Shown: one piece after another, positions 19,412 through 28,741 of the stretch | How the letters are laid out: each line of letters begins with the position of its first letter | Numbering within the stretch: position 1 is the stretch's first letter | Assembly: GCA_963843375.1 (NCBI GenBank) | Contig: CAWJKT010000011.1 | Coordinates: 96,001-160,000 of the forward strand | From: an uncultured Pseudomonadota bacterium | GTDB taxonomy: Bacteria > Oederibacteriota > Muellerivitia > Muellerivitales > Muellerivitaceae | DNA length: 64,000 bases | Reading direction: 5' to 3' | Made by a program: the position numbers and the translations under genes | The notes under the pieces: generated by a model | The model's input: the letters and a program-made list of their open reading frames with translations, nothing else | Told to the model about the DNA's origin: nothing | Databases searched by the model: none

Positions 19412-20074
19412 GTGGATACTAGCCGCCTGGATGAACGCCATGTGATGGTGAAGGAACAACTGGAAAAGCGGGGTATCCGTAATCCCTGGGTGCTCCAGGC
19501 AATGCTGGATATTCCCCGCCATCTCTTCGTCCCCCTTGACGATCAGGACAAAGCTTACGCGGACGGACCTCTGCCCATTGGTGGAGGCCAGACCATCAGC
19601 CAGCCCTACATCGTTGCTTCCATGATCGAACTTATCGAACCCAAGATTTCCGACAGGGTGTTGGAGATCGGCGTGGGAAGCGGATATTCATCGGTTATCC
19701 TTTCCCGCCTCGTAGCCGAGGTTTATGGGATGGACAGGGACGGCCTCCTGCTGGCCGGGGGGGAAAACCGGTTTAAGGAGATAGGAGTCTCCAATATCCA
19801 TTTGAAAGAGGGGGACGGCACCTTGGGCTGGCCGGAAGAAGCCCCTTTTGACGCCATCCTGGTGACCGCCGCCGCGCCCCTAATTCCCAAGTCCCTGCTT
19901 CGACAATTGAAGATTGGTGGCGTCATGGTGATACCCGTTGGAAAAAGAACGGAGCAGGAGTTGGTTCGGGTAATCAAACGTTCGGAAGACCATTTCCAGG
20001 AAAAAGTCCTTTATGCCGTGAAGTTCGTTCCGCTGATCGGAAAAGAAGGATGGCCAGAAAACTCTAACGGATGA
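19412..20074 (+). CDS. pcm: Protein-L-isoaspartate(D-aspartate) O-methyltransferase
   Basis: AYADGPLPIGGGQTISQPYIVA, VLEIGVGSGY, GDGTLGWPEEAPFDAILVTAA; GTG start with GGAGG RBS (the track starts at 19379). Confidence 0.95.
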   Translation: MDTSRLDERHVMVKEQLEKRGIRNPWVLQAMLDIPRHLFVPLDDQDKAYADGPLPIGGGQTISQPYIVASMIELIEPKISDRVLEIGVGSGYSSVILSRLVAEVYGMDRDGLLLAGGENRFKEIGVSNIHLKEGDGTLGWPEEAPFDAILVTAAAPLIPKSLLRQLKIGGVMVIPVGKRTEQELVRVIKRSEDHFQEKVLYAVKFVPLIGKEGWPENSNG

Positions 20075-22232
20075 GACCAAAAGCCGTGGCGGGCACGACT
20101 TCCCAATTCGACTCACCCGGTTTTTTCCAGACTAAATGAAGGGCCATGGCGTCGCCGCCGTCTTTTTCGAAATCAAGCCGCAACGCATGGGCTTTGATGG
20201 TGAGTCTTATCGGTTTCTCCAACTGGACCGGTTTTCCATCCAGCCATAATTGGCCGCTGTCTGTAGTGAGGACTTGGAATTGGTAATCGCCCGCTTGGTG
20301 AACATTAAGGTTTCCCGACCAACGGATACGGAAGGGTGGAAAATTGGTAAAAGGGAAGTCGTATTTGGAAATGAAGTTCAAAACAGGGTCCGATTGAACC
20401 ACTGCGGGTTTTGAATTCCAATCGGAAGAGTTGATGTAAGCCCCCTTTAAGCCGCGGGTCCAGGGTTTTATTTCGCCTAAATGATTCGGGGAGGCGGTCA
20501 TCGTATAAAACAAAAAATGATTCTTGGGTTGTTCACGGTAGGATATTTCCACACCCGGACAAATGGTTTTTATAAAATCTACGACTCCCGATTTGCCGGC
20601 CTCCAAAAAAATACAAGCCGTTTTATCCTTGGGCAAGTCTCCCCTGGCCCAATCCTGCAGGTTGAATTTCGAGGTGTCTTCCCGCGCGGGATAAGATAAA
20701 AAAGCTACCGTATGATTTTGGAAATAAGAAGAACCGATGAAGAAATGATACTGCTTGGCGTGATATTGGTTCATAACCTGAATATCCCGTCCAATATAGG
20801 TCTGCTCCAAGCCGAAGGCATTTTGGCATTCTTCATTGTTGGCTTGTTCCACGAAATAGGTATAGGTGTTTTGGAAACTGAGGATGCTTAATAGCAGGAA
20901 TAAGATAAACGCCACCAGCCCCGGGCGTTTAAGGGAATTTTGAGCCGCTTGGCGGAAAAAATTCAGGGTGCTTCCGGCGAAAAAAGCGACGAAGGGTGTC
21001 AGAGAGACCAAACGGTTGGAATGGGCGGGGTCGGTGGATAGAAGACCGGTCAGGCTCATCACGCCGAAGCCCACCAATGGATAGAAGAATCCAGGCTCCT
21101 TCCGGTGGCGCCAGGCCAGGGCCAGACCGAGGATGAAAAAGACTGCGGTGACATCGTCTAGCATTCGGTGGCCGGGAATATTATGGCGTGGGTTGGTATC
21201 GCCCGCCCGGTTGAACATGAGGGCGGTTCCCGTCCAGACATCCCACAGAGGTTTTAAGCTGCTTTCCTGGAGAACCTTCGTGCCGATGAATAAGCCCGCT
21301 TCCCGGTGGCCGATTTGGCCCCTTTGCGCCATGAGAACCAAGAGAGGTGAGATGAGCGCCAGTATCAAGATAAAATATAGAAGAAAGGGCTTCAGTGACT
21401 TTTTCTTTTGGCGAAAATACTCATCAATGGCGAAGATGGCCATGAGCAAAGGTACGATCTTGAAAGCCTGATAGGTATAGAAGCCGACTCCCACGAAAAG
21501 AGCGGAGAAAGTGAGAGCCCATTTCTTCTCATTCCGGTGGCCGTAAAACCAAAAGGCGAGGGCTCCAAAGAGGTAGAAAGGAACTTGGATGCTGGGATAA
21601 CCGTTGCGGGGCTCTATCCAATTCCAACGCATTACCGCAAGAATGAAAAGAGAGAGGAGGGCGGTGCCTTGGCCCGCCCATTGGCGGATCATCCAATAAA
21701 TCAGGGGAAAGGCGGCGAGGGAGAGAGTCGTGAAGAAAAGATGGAAGGTGAAATAAGAGGAACCAAGCAGGCCAAACCATCCGGCCATCTGATAGAAAAG
21801 GACGGTTTCAGGAACCTCGTAATCGAAGACTTCCCCGAAAGGCCGCCAACCCTCGTGAAGAATACGAAGGGCGCATTGTCCGATAAGCCCTTGGTCGGTG
21901 TGCATGCCGGCCGGAATGGAATCGATTCGGTAAATCCTGAATCCAAAAGCCAATATCAATATTGAAAGAAAGAGAACCCCTTCCGTCCGTCGGGAAAAGG
22001 ATTTGGTTTCCAAAGGGGCAATGGAGGAGGAATGGTGGAACAACCAAAGGGCTAGAGCGTAAAAGGCCAGGCCTGGAAAAAGGGTCCATGACAGTTGCGA
22101 TTGAGTGAGGAAGAACTGGCCCACTGCCGCCGAAAGAAGGGTGCCGGCCCAGAAGTGGGGAATCCAGCTTTTCGATGAAGTGAATGGGGTCAATGGGTCT
22201 CCAAGGGTTTTCCCGTCATCGCCTTTTATCAT
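20064..22232 (-). CDS. GT-C fold (ArnT/PMT-like) glycosyltransferase fused to a C-terminal PA14 domain
   Basis: FRIYRIDSIPAGMHTDQG loop motif, multiple TMs, GDTNPRHNIPG; C-terminus GLKGAY...FRIRWSGNLNVHQAGDYQFQVLTTDSGQLWLDGK...LHLVWKKPG is PA14-like. Start may be TTG at 22193. Confidence 0.8.
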   Translation of the reverse strand: MIKGDDGKTLGDPLTPFTSSKSWIPHFWAGTLLSAAVGQFFLTQSQLSWTLFPGLAFYALALWLFHHSSSIAPLETKSFSRRTEGVLFLSILILAFGFRIYRIDSIPAGMHTDQGLIGQCALRILHEGWRPFGEVFDYEVPETVLFYQMAGWFGLLGSSYFTFHLFFTTLSLAAFPLIYWMIRQWAGQGTALLSLFILAVMRWNWIEPRNGYPSIQVPFYLFGALAFWFYGHRNEKKWALTFSALFVGVGFYTYQAFKIVPLLMAIFAIDEYFRQKKKSLKPFLLYFILILALISPLLVLMAQRGQIGHREAGLFIGTKVLQESSLKPLWDVWTGTALMFNRAGDTNPRHNIPGHRMLDDVTAVFFILGLALAWRHRKEPGFFYPLVGFGVMSLTGLLSTDPAHSNRLVSLTPFVAFFAGSTLNFFRQAAQNSLKRPGLVAFILFLLLSILSFQNTYTYFVEQANNEECQNAFGLEQTYIGRDIQVMNQYHAKQYHFFIGSSYFQNHTVAFLSYPAREDTSKFNLQDWARGDLPKDKTACIFLEAGKSGVVDFIKTICPGVEISYREQPKNHFLFYTMTASPNHLGEIKPWTRGLKGAYINSSDWNSKPAVVQSDPVLNFISKYDFPFTNFPPFRIRWSGNLNVHQAGDYQFQVLTTDSGQLWLDGKPVQLEKPIRLTIKAHALRLDFEKDGGDAMALHLVWKKPGESNWEVVPATAFGLIR

Positions 22233-22329
22233 ACTTCAAAGGTCCGCCGCCGCCCTTCTCATTTCAAAGATGAAGGCTAAATCCCAACCTGCTAGGATAG
22301 GCCGAATTTTACTGATCAAAGGAATCCCA

Positions 22330-22851
22330 TTGAAAACCGCTTCCTGGTTTCTCACCCTGCTTCTGGCGGGGCTTTTGGTTTATGCCTTCGGCCAAGTCCC
22401 CTCCAAACAGGATGCTTCCTCCGCCCTTTCGTCGCATTTGACCTTAAGGTACCAACAGCGGTGCGGGGCCGAAACGGGAATTTCCTCACCCCCGGAGGCG
22501 GTGCTTGCCGATTACCGGAGTTTTGATCTTTTGGCGGTGGCGGTTCTTTTTTCTTCGGTGGCCCTGGTTATCCTGCTTTTTTTCTCACGTCCCCCTTCCC
22601 TTGGAGTCCTTTCTTCAACTTATCTTTGGCTGGGCCTAGGCGGCGCGATAATTTTGGGTCTTGGTTTTTTAAGCCTGAAAGTCGGAAGCAATTTTCTTGA
22701 TTATGAGGCTCTGGCCGCTTGGGCCCCACCCGCCCAGGCCCGGGTAGAAGGGGCCGTGATCCTTTTGGTGGGTGCTTTGATTTCATTAAGCGGGCTTTTG
22801 GCCATAACCCTTCGATGGAGCCGATCGCCGGAAGGTTCCAATGGACGTTAA
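22330..22851 (+). CDS. MrpB/MnhB-related (MbhE+MnhB-like) membrane subunit, divergent
   Basis: AVLADYRSFDLL resembles the AVLADYRGFDTLGE motif, and GSNFLDY resembles MnhB; coupled to an mrpC-like gene. Confidence 0.6.
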   Translation: MKTASWFLTLLLAGLLVYAFGQVPSKQDASSALSSHLTLRYQQRCGAETGISSPPEAVLADYRSFDLLAVAVLFSSVALVILLFFSRPPSLGVLSSTYLWLGLGGAIILGLGFLSLKVGSNFLDYEALAAWAPPAQARVEGAVILLVGALISLSGLLAITLRWSRSPEGSNGR

Positions 22852-23152
22852 CATTGGAAACCTAGTTCACTTTGGCTTTTCCCTGGCGTTTTGCCTTATT
22901 GGTTTTCATGGAGTTTTCTTTTACTCGAACCTTTGGCTCAAAATGACGGGATGGTGCCTGTTCCAATTGGGTTTAATGTTGTTTCTCGCGGCACTGGCGC
23001 CACCGGCAAGCCCCTTGCCTTATGTTCTTATTCTTTTGATGCTGGTTTGTACTTTCGCGGTGGGGATCCTTCTTTCCGTTTTTTGCTTAAAAATAGGTAA
23101 GCAGTATAAAACGCCCGGGGGCGGGGAAACCGCCAAGCGGGGTTCCAAGTGA
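22841..23152 (+). CDS. mrpC: MrpC/NuoK-like small membrane subunit, divergent
   Basis: 103 aa, 3 TMs; LIGFHG...NLWLK and SPLPYVLIL resemble MrpC (NPLPxxLILTAIV); lies between mrpB- and mrpD-like genes. Confidence 0.65.
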   Translation: MDVNIGNLVHFGFSLAFCLIGFHGVFFYSNLWLKMTGWCLFQLGLMLFLAALAPPASPLPYVLILLMLVCTFAVGILLSVFCLKIGKQYKTPGGGETAKRGSK

Positions 23153-24663
23153 ATGAACATTTGCCCATTTTGATGTCCCTCTTTCCCCTTTTGGGATCCT
23201 GGCTGGCCTTGGGTTTTGGCATTTTTTCTTACCGACTTTCCCGCTGGACGATCTTTGGGACCCTTTTGCTGACTTTGCTTTTTGTCATCTTGTCTTTTCC
23301 AAAACTTTTTTCGGAGGGGTTTTGGGGTTATTCCCTCGGGGGCTGGGCGCCTCCCTGGGGGATTGAACTTTGGATCACGCCCTTCTCGGCTTTTTTGGCA
23401 TGCTTTATCCTTTTGTGTGCCTTGATCGTTTTTTTCATCTTAGGTTCCTTCGGGTTGATGGGAGGACTTTTGAAATCCCGGGAAAGCCTGGGAGGGTCCT
23501 TGTTGTTGGTTTTGGTTTCGGCCCTTTTAACTCAGCTTTGGGTCAGGGATGGTTTTACCCTTTACCTTTTCCTGGAAATTTCCCTGGTGGCCGCCGCGGG
23601 TCTTTTGGTCTGTGTGACCCGACAGGGCTGGTTGGACGGATTTTATCTTTTGCTGGGGGGAAGTTTGGGGGCCTCTTTTCTCTTGGCGGGTTTTCTTCTT
23701 CTTTATTCGGCAACGGGAACACTCCATCTGGACGATCTTTTAGCCCAGCTTTTCATCACAAAAAATTTTTCCATTGCCCTGACCGCTGGTTTTTTTCTGG
23801 TCTGCGCATGGGCCTTTCACTTTTCATTTCCGACGCCTTTTTATTTCAGCCGCCTGCTGGACCAGACGCCTCCTTTCCTATTGGGTTTTTTCTCCTCGAT
23901 CTTGGTGCGCACCTCGGTTTATCTTTTATTCCTTATTCTTTTCTTCGTGCTGAACGTTCCTGGTCTGGATCCCCCCGCTTGGCTCACGGGTTTGGAATAT
24001 CCTCTGGCCCTCTTTTTTCTGGTCTATTTTGTGGTCGCTGCCCGGCAGAAGGATTTCCTCCATTCGGTGGCCTTTCTCAGCGTGGCGCAGTTGGCTTTTC
24101 CCTTGATGGGCTTCATCACCGGAAACAAAAGCGCCCTCACGGGGTCCTTGATGGAAATTCTCAGCCAAATTCTGGTCGTGATGGGACTATTCACGGCGGT
24201 GGGAATCCTGAGCCTGAAACCCACTGGGGCTCATCCCTTTGCCAAACTGGCCGGCCTGGGACGCTATGATTTCAGCCCGGCCCTCTGCCTAGTGGTTTTT
24301 GCCTTTTCCATCGTGGGGGTGCCGCCCACAGCGGGCTCATTTGGGAAGTTCTATCTGCTTCAAGGCCTTTTCGAAAAACGGGACTGGTTCCTGATCGTCC
24401 CCTTAGGCGTGGCCCTTCTTTTCAACCTCTGGACTTCGGCGCGGTTCCTTTGGCTTTTGTTCGAGCATCGCAAGGCGGCATCCTTTCACGCCCCGTTATC
24501 CTTCGGTTCCAAAGCCCCCTTATTTCTTTTGGCCCTGGCAGTTCTTTTGTTAGGAATATTTCACCAAGAAATTGTCCATTATTTTATTGAACCCGCCCTG
24601 CCCAAGGCCTATCAAAACATCCCCTTGCCCAACGTGCCCTTCTTGGGCCACGAAGTGGAATAA
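23149..24663 (+). CDS. mrpD: MrpD/NuoN-like antiporter subunit, divergent
   Basis: YSLGGWAPPWGIEL, FTLYLFLEI, LYSATGTLHLDDL and GVPPTAGSFGKF motifs. Confidence 0.8.
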   Translation: MNEHLPILMSLFPLLGSWLALGFGIFSYRLSRWTIFGTLLLTLLFVILSFPKLFSEGFWGYSLGGWAPPWGIELWITPFSAFLACFILLCALIVFFILGSFGLMGGLLKSRESLGGSLLLVLVSALLTQLWVRDGFTLYLFLEISLVAAAGLLVCVTRQGWLDGFYLLLGGSLGASFLLAGFLLLYSATGTLHLDDLLAQLFITKNFSIALTAGFFLVCAWAFHFSFPTPFYFSRLLDQTPPFLLGFFSSILVRTSVYLLFLILFFVLNVPGLDPPAWLTGLEYPLALFFLVYFVVAARQKDFLHSVAFLSVAQLAFPLMGFITGNKSALTGSLMEILSQILVVMGLFTAVGILSLKPTGAHPFAKLAGLGRYDFSPALCLVVFAFSIVGVPPTAGSFGKFYLLQGLFEKRDWFLIVPLGVALLFNLWTSARFLWLLFEHRKAASFHAPLSFGSKAPLFLLALAVLLLGIFHQEIVHYFIEPALPKAYQNIPLPNVPFLGHEVE

Positions 24664-24732
24664 AAATCACTTTTCTCTTTTCAAATCCTGAAAATAAAGA
24701 GACACTGATCTTATTCCAAGTTTGGTGGTATT

Positions 24733-25077
24733 ATGAATCGTCTTGTCGAAAAACGTCAGTACGACCGGATGCCTTTCCAGAAACCCATTGAGATTTATCC
24801 GGTATTTCCCTCCTACCTGGTAGATTCCGACGAAACCGTTCTTTCGGGTCTGTCCCAGGACATCAGCGGCGGAGGTCTTTGTTTGAAAACATCCAAACCC
24901 CTGCGAGTTGGATCCTACTTGAAATTGCGCTTCGATATGAGCCGAGACCAGATCGTGGAATCATTCGGGAAGATTGTCTGGGCCCGGGAGGCCTTTTGCG
25001 GGTTCCGGTTTTTTCCGACTTCGGAGATGATTGAGGGCAATCTCCAGAATTTCCTAGACGGTTCACAAGCGGAATAA
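24733..25077 (+). CDS. Stand-alone PilZ domain protein (c-di-GMP receptor)
   Basis: RQYDR (RxxxR) and DISGGG (DxSxxG) motifs. Confidence 0.88.
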   Translation: MNRLVEKRQYDRMPFQKPIEIYPVFPSYLVDSDETVLSGLSQDISGGGLCLKTSKPLRVGSYLKLRFDMSRDQIVESFGKIVWAREAFCGFRFFPTSEMIEGNLQNFLDGSQAE

Positions 25078-25128
25078 ATTCGCGTTTTTTACCCATCACC
25101 CTTATGAATCATGAATGAAGGGCTCAAT

Positions 25129-25164
25129 AAAAAAAGCCGAACAGGCATCCTGTCCGGCTTTTTT
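25129..25164. terminator. Bidirectional intrinsic terminator
   Basis: AAAAAAAGCCGaACAGG-cat-CCTGTcCGGCTTTTTT between convergent genes. Confidence 0.85.
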
Positions 25165-25187
25165 GTTTTTCGCCCAAAAAGATTCGA

Positions 25188-25430
25188 TCAGAGAGTCTTA
25201 TGGGTGCCGTCGCAATAGGGCTTGTTCTTCGAATGCTTACATTGGCACAGGAAGGCTGTCTTGGATTCCTCGGCCTTGAAAATCAGCGGAACGAAGGGAG
25301 GATGGGCTTGGTGGGAGCCGTCACAAAAGGGTTGGCTCTTGGAATGCCCGCAGGCGCACCAGGCGTAGGTTTTACCTGATTCCAGTTCGACTTTGGCTGG
25401 GGCTTTTGCGGCGATATTGGGTTCGGACAT
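25188..25430 (-). CDS. CDGSH iron-sulfur protein (two-motif MiNT/CISD3-like)
   Basis: WCACGHSKSQPFCDGSH and LCQCKHSKNKPYCDGTH. Confidence 0.95.
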   Translation of the reverse strand: MSEPNIAAKAPAKVELESGKTYAWCACGHSKSQPFCDGSHQAHPPFVPLIFKAEESKTAFLCQCKHSKNKPYCDGTHKTL

Positions 25431-25600
25431 GTTTTCAATCTCCTTGAAATCGTTGATTTGGAACTAATTCATGTTAGCCGGGAATTCGACAAAAATATAT
25501 CCTCTCGATCACGCAAAAGTAACTTTAACCTATGAAAAAACACTCTCAAAACCTTTATGATGGGTGGGTCAATAGTCTGAAATTTCCTTCAAGAGGCGCC

Positions 25601-26743
25601 ATGAAAGCCATCGCTGTTTTTCCAGCTCAAAAGCAAGTGCAATTGATAGACGCCACGGTTCCTCCCCTGCAAAATTCAACCGAGGTGAAACTTAAAATGC
25701 TCGATATCGGCGTTTGCGGGACCGACAAGGAAATCTGTTCCTTTGAATATGGCACGCCCCCTGTGGGGTCCGATTATTTGATCCTAGGCCACGAATCGCT
25801 GGGACGTGTGATGGAAGTGGGGTCCGACGTGAAGAGCCTGAAAGAGGGCGACTTGGTCGTCACCATCGTGCGGCGGCCCTGCGGAAACCCCAACTGTATC
25901 CCTTGCCGCGTCGGCCGCCAGGATTTTTGCACCACCGGCGGTTTCAAGGAAAGGGGCATCAGCGGCTTACATGGTTTTATGACCGAAATGGTGGTGGATG
26001 ATGAAAAATACATGAATCCCGTTCCGGTGGAATTGCGGGATGTCGGGGTGCTCACCGAGCCACTAACCATCGCGGAAAAATCCCTCTTCCAGGTTTGGGA
26101 CATCCAAGCCCGGTTGCCCTGGGCCTGCCGCCACGACCAGCATCCGCACCGCCAAGGCGAGAAAATACCACCCTCCGAAATAGGATATCCGCATAACGCC
26201 GTCGTTTTGGGGGCCGGGCCGGTCGGGCTTTTAGGCGCCATGCTTCTTTGTTCTTACGGGTTTAAGACTTTCGTTTATTCCAAGGAACCGGCGGAATCCC
26301 CGAAGGCCCAACTGACTCGGGAAATTGGCGCCACTTATATTTCTGGGTCCACCACCAACCTGGAACAGTTAGCGGTCCAGGTCGGTAACGTGGATTTGGT
26401 TTACGAAGCCACGGGCGCCTCCCGGCTGTCCTTCGAGATGATGAAATACCTGGGGACCAACGGTGTTTTCGTTTTTACCGGTGTGCCGGGCCGGAAAGCC
26501 CCCATTGAGGTAGACACGGATTTATTGATGCGCGACCTAGTTTTGAAAAACCAGGTGGTTTTCGGGTCGGTGAACGCGGGCAAGAACGCCTATGTCAAAG
26601 CCATTGAGGATTTGGCGGTTTTCAAGAAACGCTGGCCTCATGCTATCCAAGCGCTGATCACGGGTCGGTTCGCGCCGGATAAGCACAAGAACTTGCTATT
26701 GGGCGATCCGGGCGGTATCAAAAACATAATTACGTTCGAATAA
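25601..26743 (+). CDS. gdh: Zn-dependent glucose 1-dehydrogenase (archaeal-type MDR family)
   Basis: GVCGTDKEI, LGHESLG, VRRPCGNPNCIPC..GRQDFC, ERGISGLHGFM, GAGPVG, FGSVNA. Confidence 0.88.
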   Translation: MKAIAVFPAQKQVQLIDATVPPLQNSTEVKLKMLDIGVCGTDKEICSFEYGTPPVGSDYLILGHESLGRVMEVGSDVKSLKEGDLVVTIVRRPCGNPNCIPCRVGRQDFCTTGGFKERGISGLHGFMTEMVVDDEKYMNPVPVELRDVGVLTEPLTIAEKSLFQVWDIQARLPWACRHDQHPHRQGEKIPPSEIGYPHNAVVLGAGPVGLLGAMLLCSYGFKTFVYSKEPAESPKAQLTREIGATYISGSTTNLEQLAVQVGNVDLVYEATGASRLSFEMMKYLGTNGVFVFTGVPGRKAPIEVDTDLLMRDLVLKNQVVFGSVNAGKNAYVKAIEDLAVFKKRWPHAIQALITGRFAPDKHKNLLLGDPGGIKNIITFE

Positions 26744-26760
26744 AATCAACAGGAAATCAA

Positions 26761-28695
26761 ATGTCCCTACCCCTTAATCGAGAAACCGAATGGTTGGAAA
26801 CGGATGGCCTGGGAGGTTTCGCTTCCGGAACAACTATCGGCATCCGAACCCGGCGGTACCACGCCATGCTTTTATCCGCTGTTACGCCTCCCACCGGACG
26901 CATGGCTCTGGTCAAAAGTTTGGACGCTTGGGTCGAAATCGACGACAGCCTTTTTCACCTATCTTCCCACATGTATTTCCCAGGTGTTATCACGCCAAAC
27001 GGGTCCGAATCCATCGAGTCATTTCAAACCGACCCTTGGCCAAAGTGGGTTTACCGGCTTCCCCGAGGTATGACGATGGAAAGGGAAATTTTCATGCCTC
27101 ATGGGGTTCCGGCGGTAGTGATTTCCTGGAAGCTTCTAAACGCCAAGGAACCGGTGAGGCTTTCGGTGAGGCCTCTTCTTTCCTTCGTGGATTATCATTC
27201 ACTCCAGCACGAGAACAAAGAATTCCAATTTGACGCGGACATTTTCGAGAAATCCGTTTATTGGAAACCCTATCCCCAAGCGCCTTTACTGACGGCTCTG
27301 CACAACGGCCATTACCACCACCAGCCCGACTGGTATCGTCAGTTCCTTTATGAGCAGGAGCAACAAAGGGGGCTGGACGCAGTAGAAGATTTAGCCACGC
27401 CGGGACTTTTTCAATGGAATTTCACCAAGACCCGGGCCTTGCTTATTTTTCAGGCAGGGGGAGAGAAGCCGAGTTCTTTACAGGAGTTGCAAAGGGTAGA
27501 AGAGGTTTTCGATCGTTATCGAACCCAGGAAGAGGATCGTCGTAAGTCTTTTGCCACCCCCCTGGCCCGCTCCGCCGACCAATATTTCGCAAAAAGGGGA
27601 GAGGGCGAAACGATTATTGCGGGTTATCCCTGGTTTACGGATTGGGGCCGAGATACCTTCGTTTCCATCCGGGGCTTGGGACTGGCCATGGGTCGGTTGG
27701 AGGAAACCCGGAAAATTCTTCTGGAATGGGCCAAAGCCATTTCTCAAGGCATGGTTCCAAACCGGTTCCCCGATTCGGGAGAGATTCCGGAGTACCACTC
27801 GGTGGACGCGTCCCTCTGGTACGTGATCGCCGTTTACGATTATTTGAAAGCTGCCAGGGAAGGGAATATTTCCAAAAAGGATTGGAGCGAGTTCCAGGCG
27901 CCCGTCGAGAAAATTCTGCACGGTTACTTCCACGGCACCCGTTGGGGGATTAAGGCGGACGATGACGGCCTGCTCTGGGCGGGTGAAGGGGATGATTCCC
28001 TGACTTGGATGGACGCTCGAGTCAACAACAAAGCGGTCACACCCCGGGTGGGTAAACCTGTGGAGGTGGAAGCCCTTTGGATCAACGCCCTTTGGATCGG
28101 GGGACATTTTTCCGTTCAATGGGAAGAGTTATTCAAGAAAGCCTTGGTCTCCTTCCAGAACCGGTTTTGGAAAGGTGCTGGTCGTTATTTGTACGATGTG
28201 GTGGACGTGAAACGGCAGGCGGGCACCGGGGACTCCTCTTTCCGGCCTAACCAAATTTTCGCGGTGGGAGGATTACCCTTGACCCTCCTGGACGATGAAA
28301 AATCAAAACTCGTTGTTCAAGCGGTCGAATCGAAACTACTGACACCCTTGGGTTTGCGGTCGCTGGCCATTGGCGAGCCGGGATTCCGCCGGCACTACCA
28401 GGGCGGTATCTTGGAAAGAGACAGCGCCTATCATCAGGGTACGGTTTGGCCCTGGCTGATGGGACCTTTTGTGGAAGCTTGGGTAAGGGTGCGAGGAAAC
28501 ACATCCCAAGCCAAAGAAGAAGCCCGCGAAAAATTTTTGAAGCCCCTGTTGGAACATTTAAATAAAGCCGGGCTGGGACACCTGCCGGAAATCGCCGATG
28601 GAGAAGACCCTTTTACTTCTAGAGGCTGTCCCTTCCAAGCCTGGTCCCTAGGCGAAGCCATCCGTCTGGACAAAGTAGTTCTTGAGGACAAATGA
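26761..28695 (+). CDS. Amylo-alpha-1,6-glucosidase / glycogen debranching enzyme (archaeal-type, GH133-like)
   Basis: EWLETDGLGGFASGT, TRRYH, IAGYPWFTDWGRDTF, LTWMDA, AYHQGTVWPWL, GCPFQAWS. Confidence 0.93.
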   Translation: MSLPLNRETEWLETDGLGGFASGTTIGIRTRRYHAMLLSAVTPPTGRMALVKSLDAWVEIDDSLFHLSSHMYFPGVITPNGSESIESFQTDPWPKWVYRLPRGMTMEREIFMPHGVPAVVISWKLLNAKEPVRLSVRPLLSFVDYHSLQHENKEFQFDADIFEKSVYWKPYPQAPLLTALHNGHYHHQPDWYRQFLYEQEQQRGLDAVEDLATPGLFQWNFTKTRALLIFQAGGEKPSSLQELQRVEEVFDRYRTQEEDRRKSFATPLARSADQYFAKRGEGETIIAGYPWFTDWGRDTFVSIRGLGLAMGRLEETRKILLEWAKAISQGMVPNRFPDSGEIPEYHSVDASLWYVIAVYDYLKAAREGNISKKDWSEFQAPVEKILHGYFHGTRWGIKADDDGLLWAGEGDDSLTWMDARVNNKAVTPRVGKPVEVEALWINALWIGGHFSVQWEELFKKALVSFQNRFWKGAGRYLYDVVDVKRQAGTGDSSFRPNQIFAVGGLPLTLLDDEKSKLVVQAVESKLLTPLGLRSLAIGEPGFRRHYQGGILERDSAYHQGTVWPWLMGPFVEAWVRVRGNTSQAKEEAREKFLKPLLEHLNKAGLGHLPEIADGEDPFTSRGCPFQAWSLGEAIRLDKVVLEDK

Positions 28696-28741
28696 GTCTT
28701 TAAAACAAATCATTAGAATCACTCAGAACCAGGCGTTTTTG

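Noticed and set aside
1237..25164. Shared arms AAAAAAGCCG...CGGCTTTTTT at 1237 and 25129 as a REP/MITE family
   Set aside because: The inner stems differ and only two copies are present; ordinary intrinsic terminators explain them.
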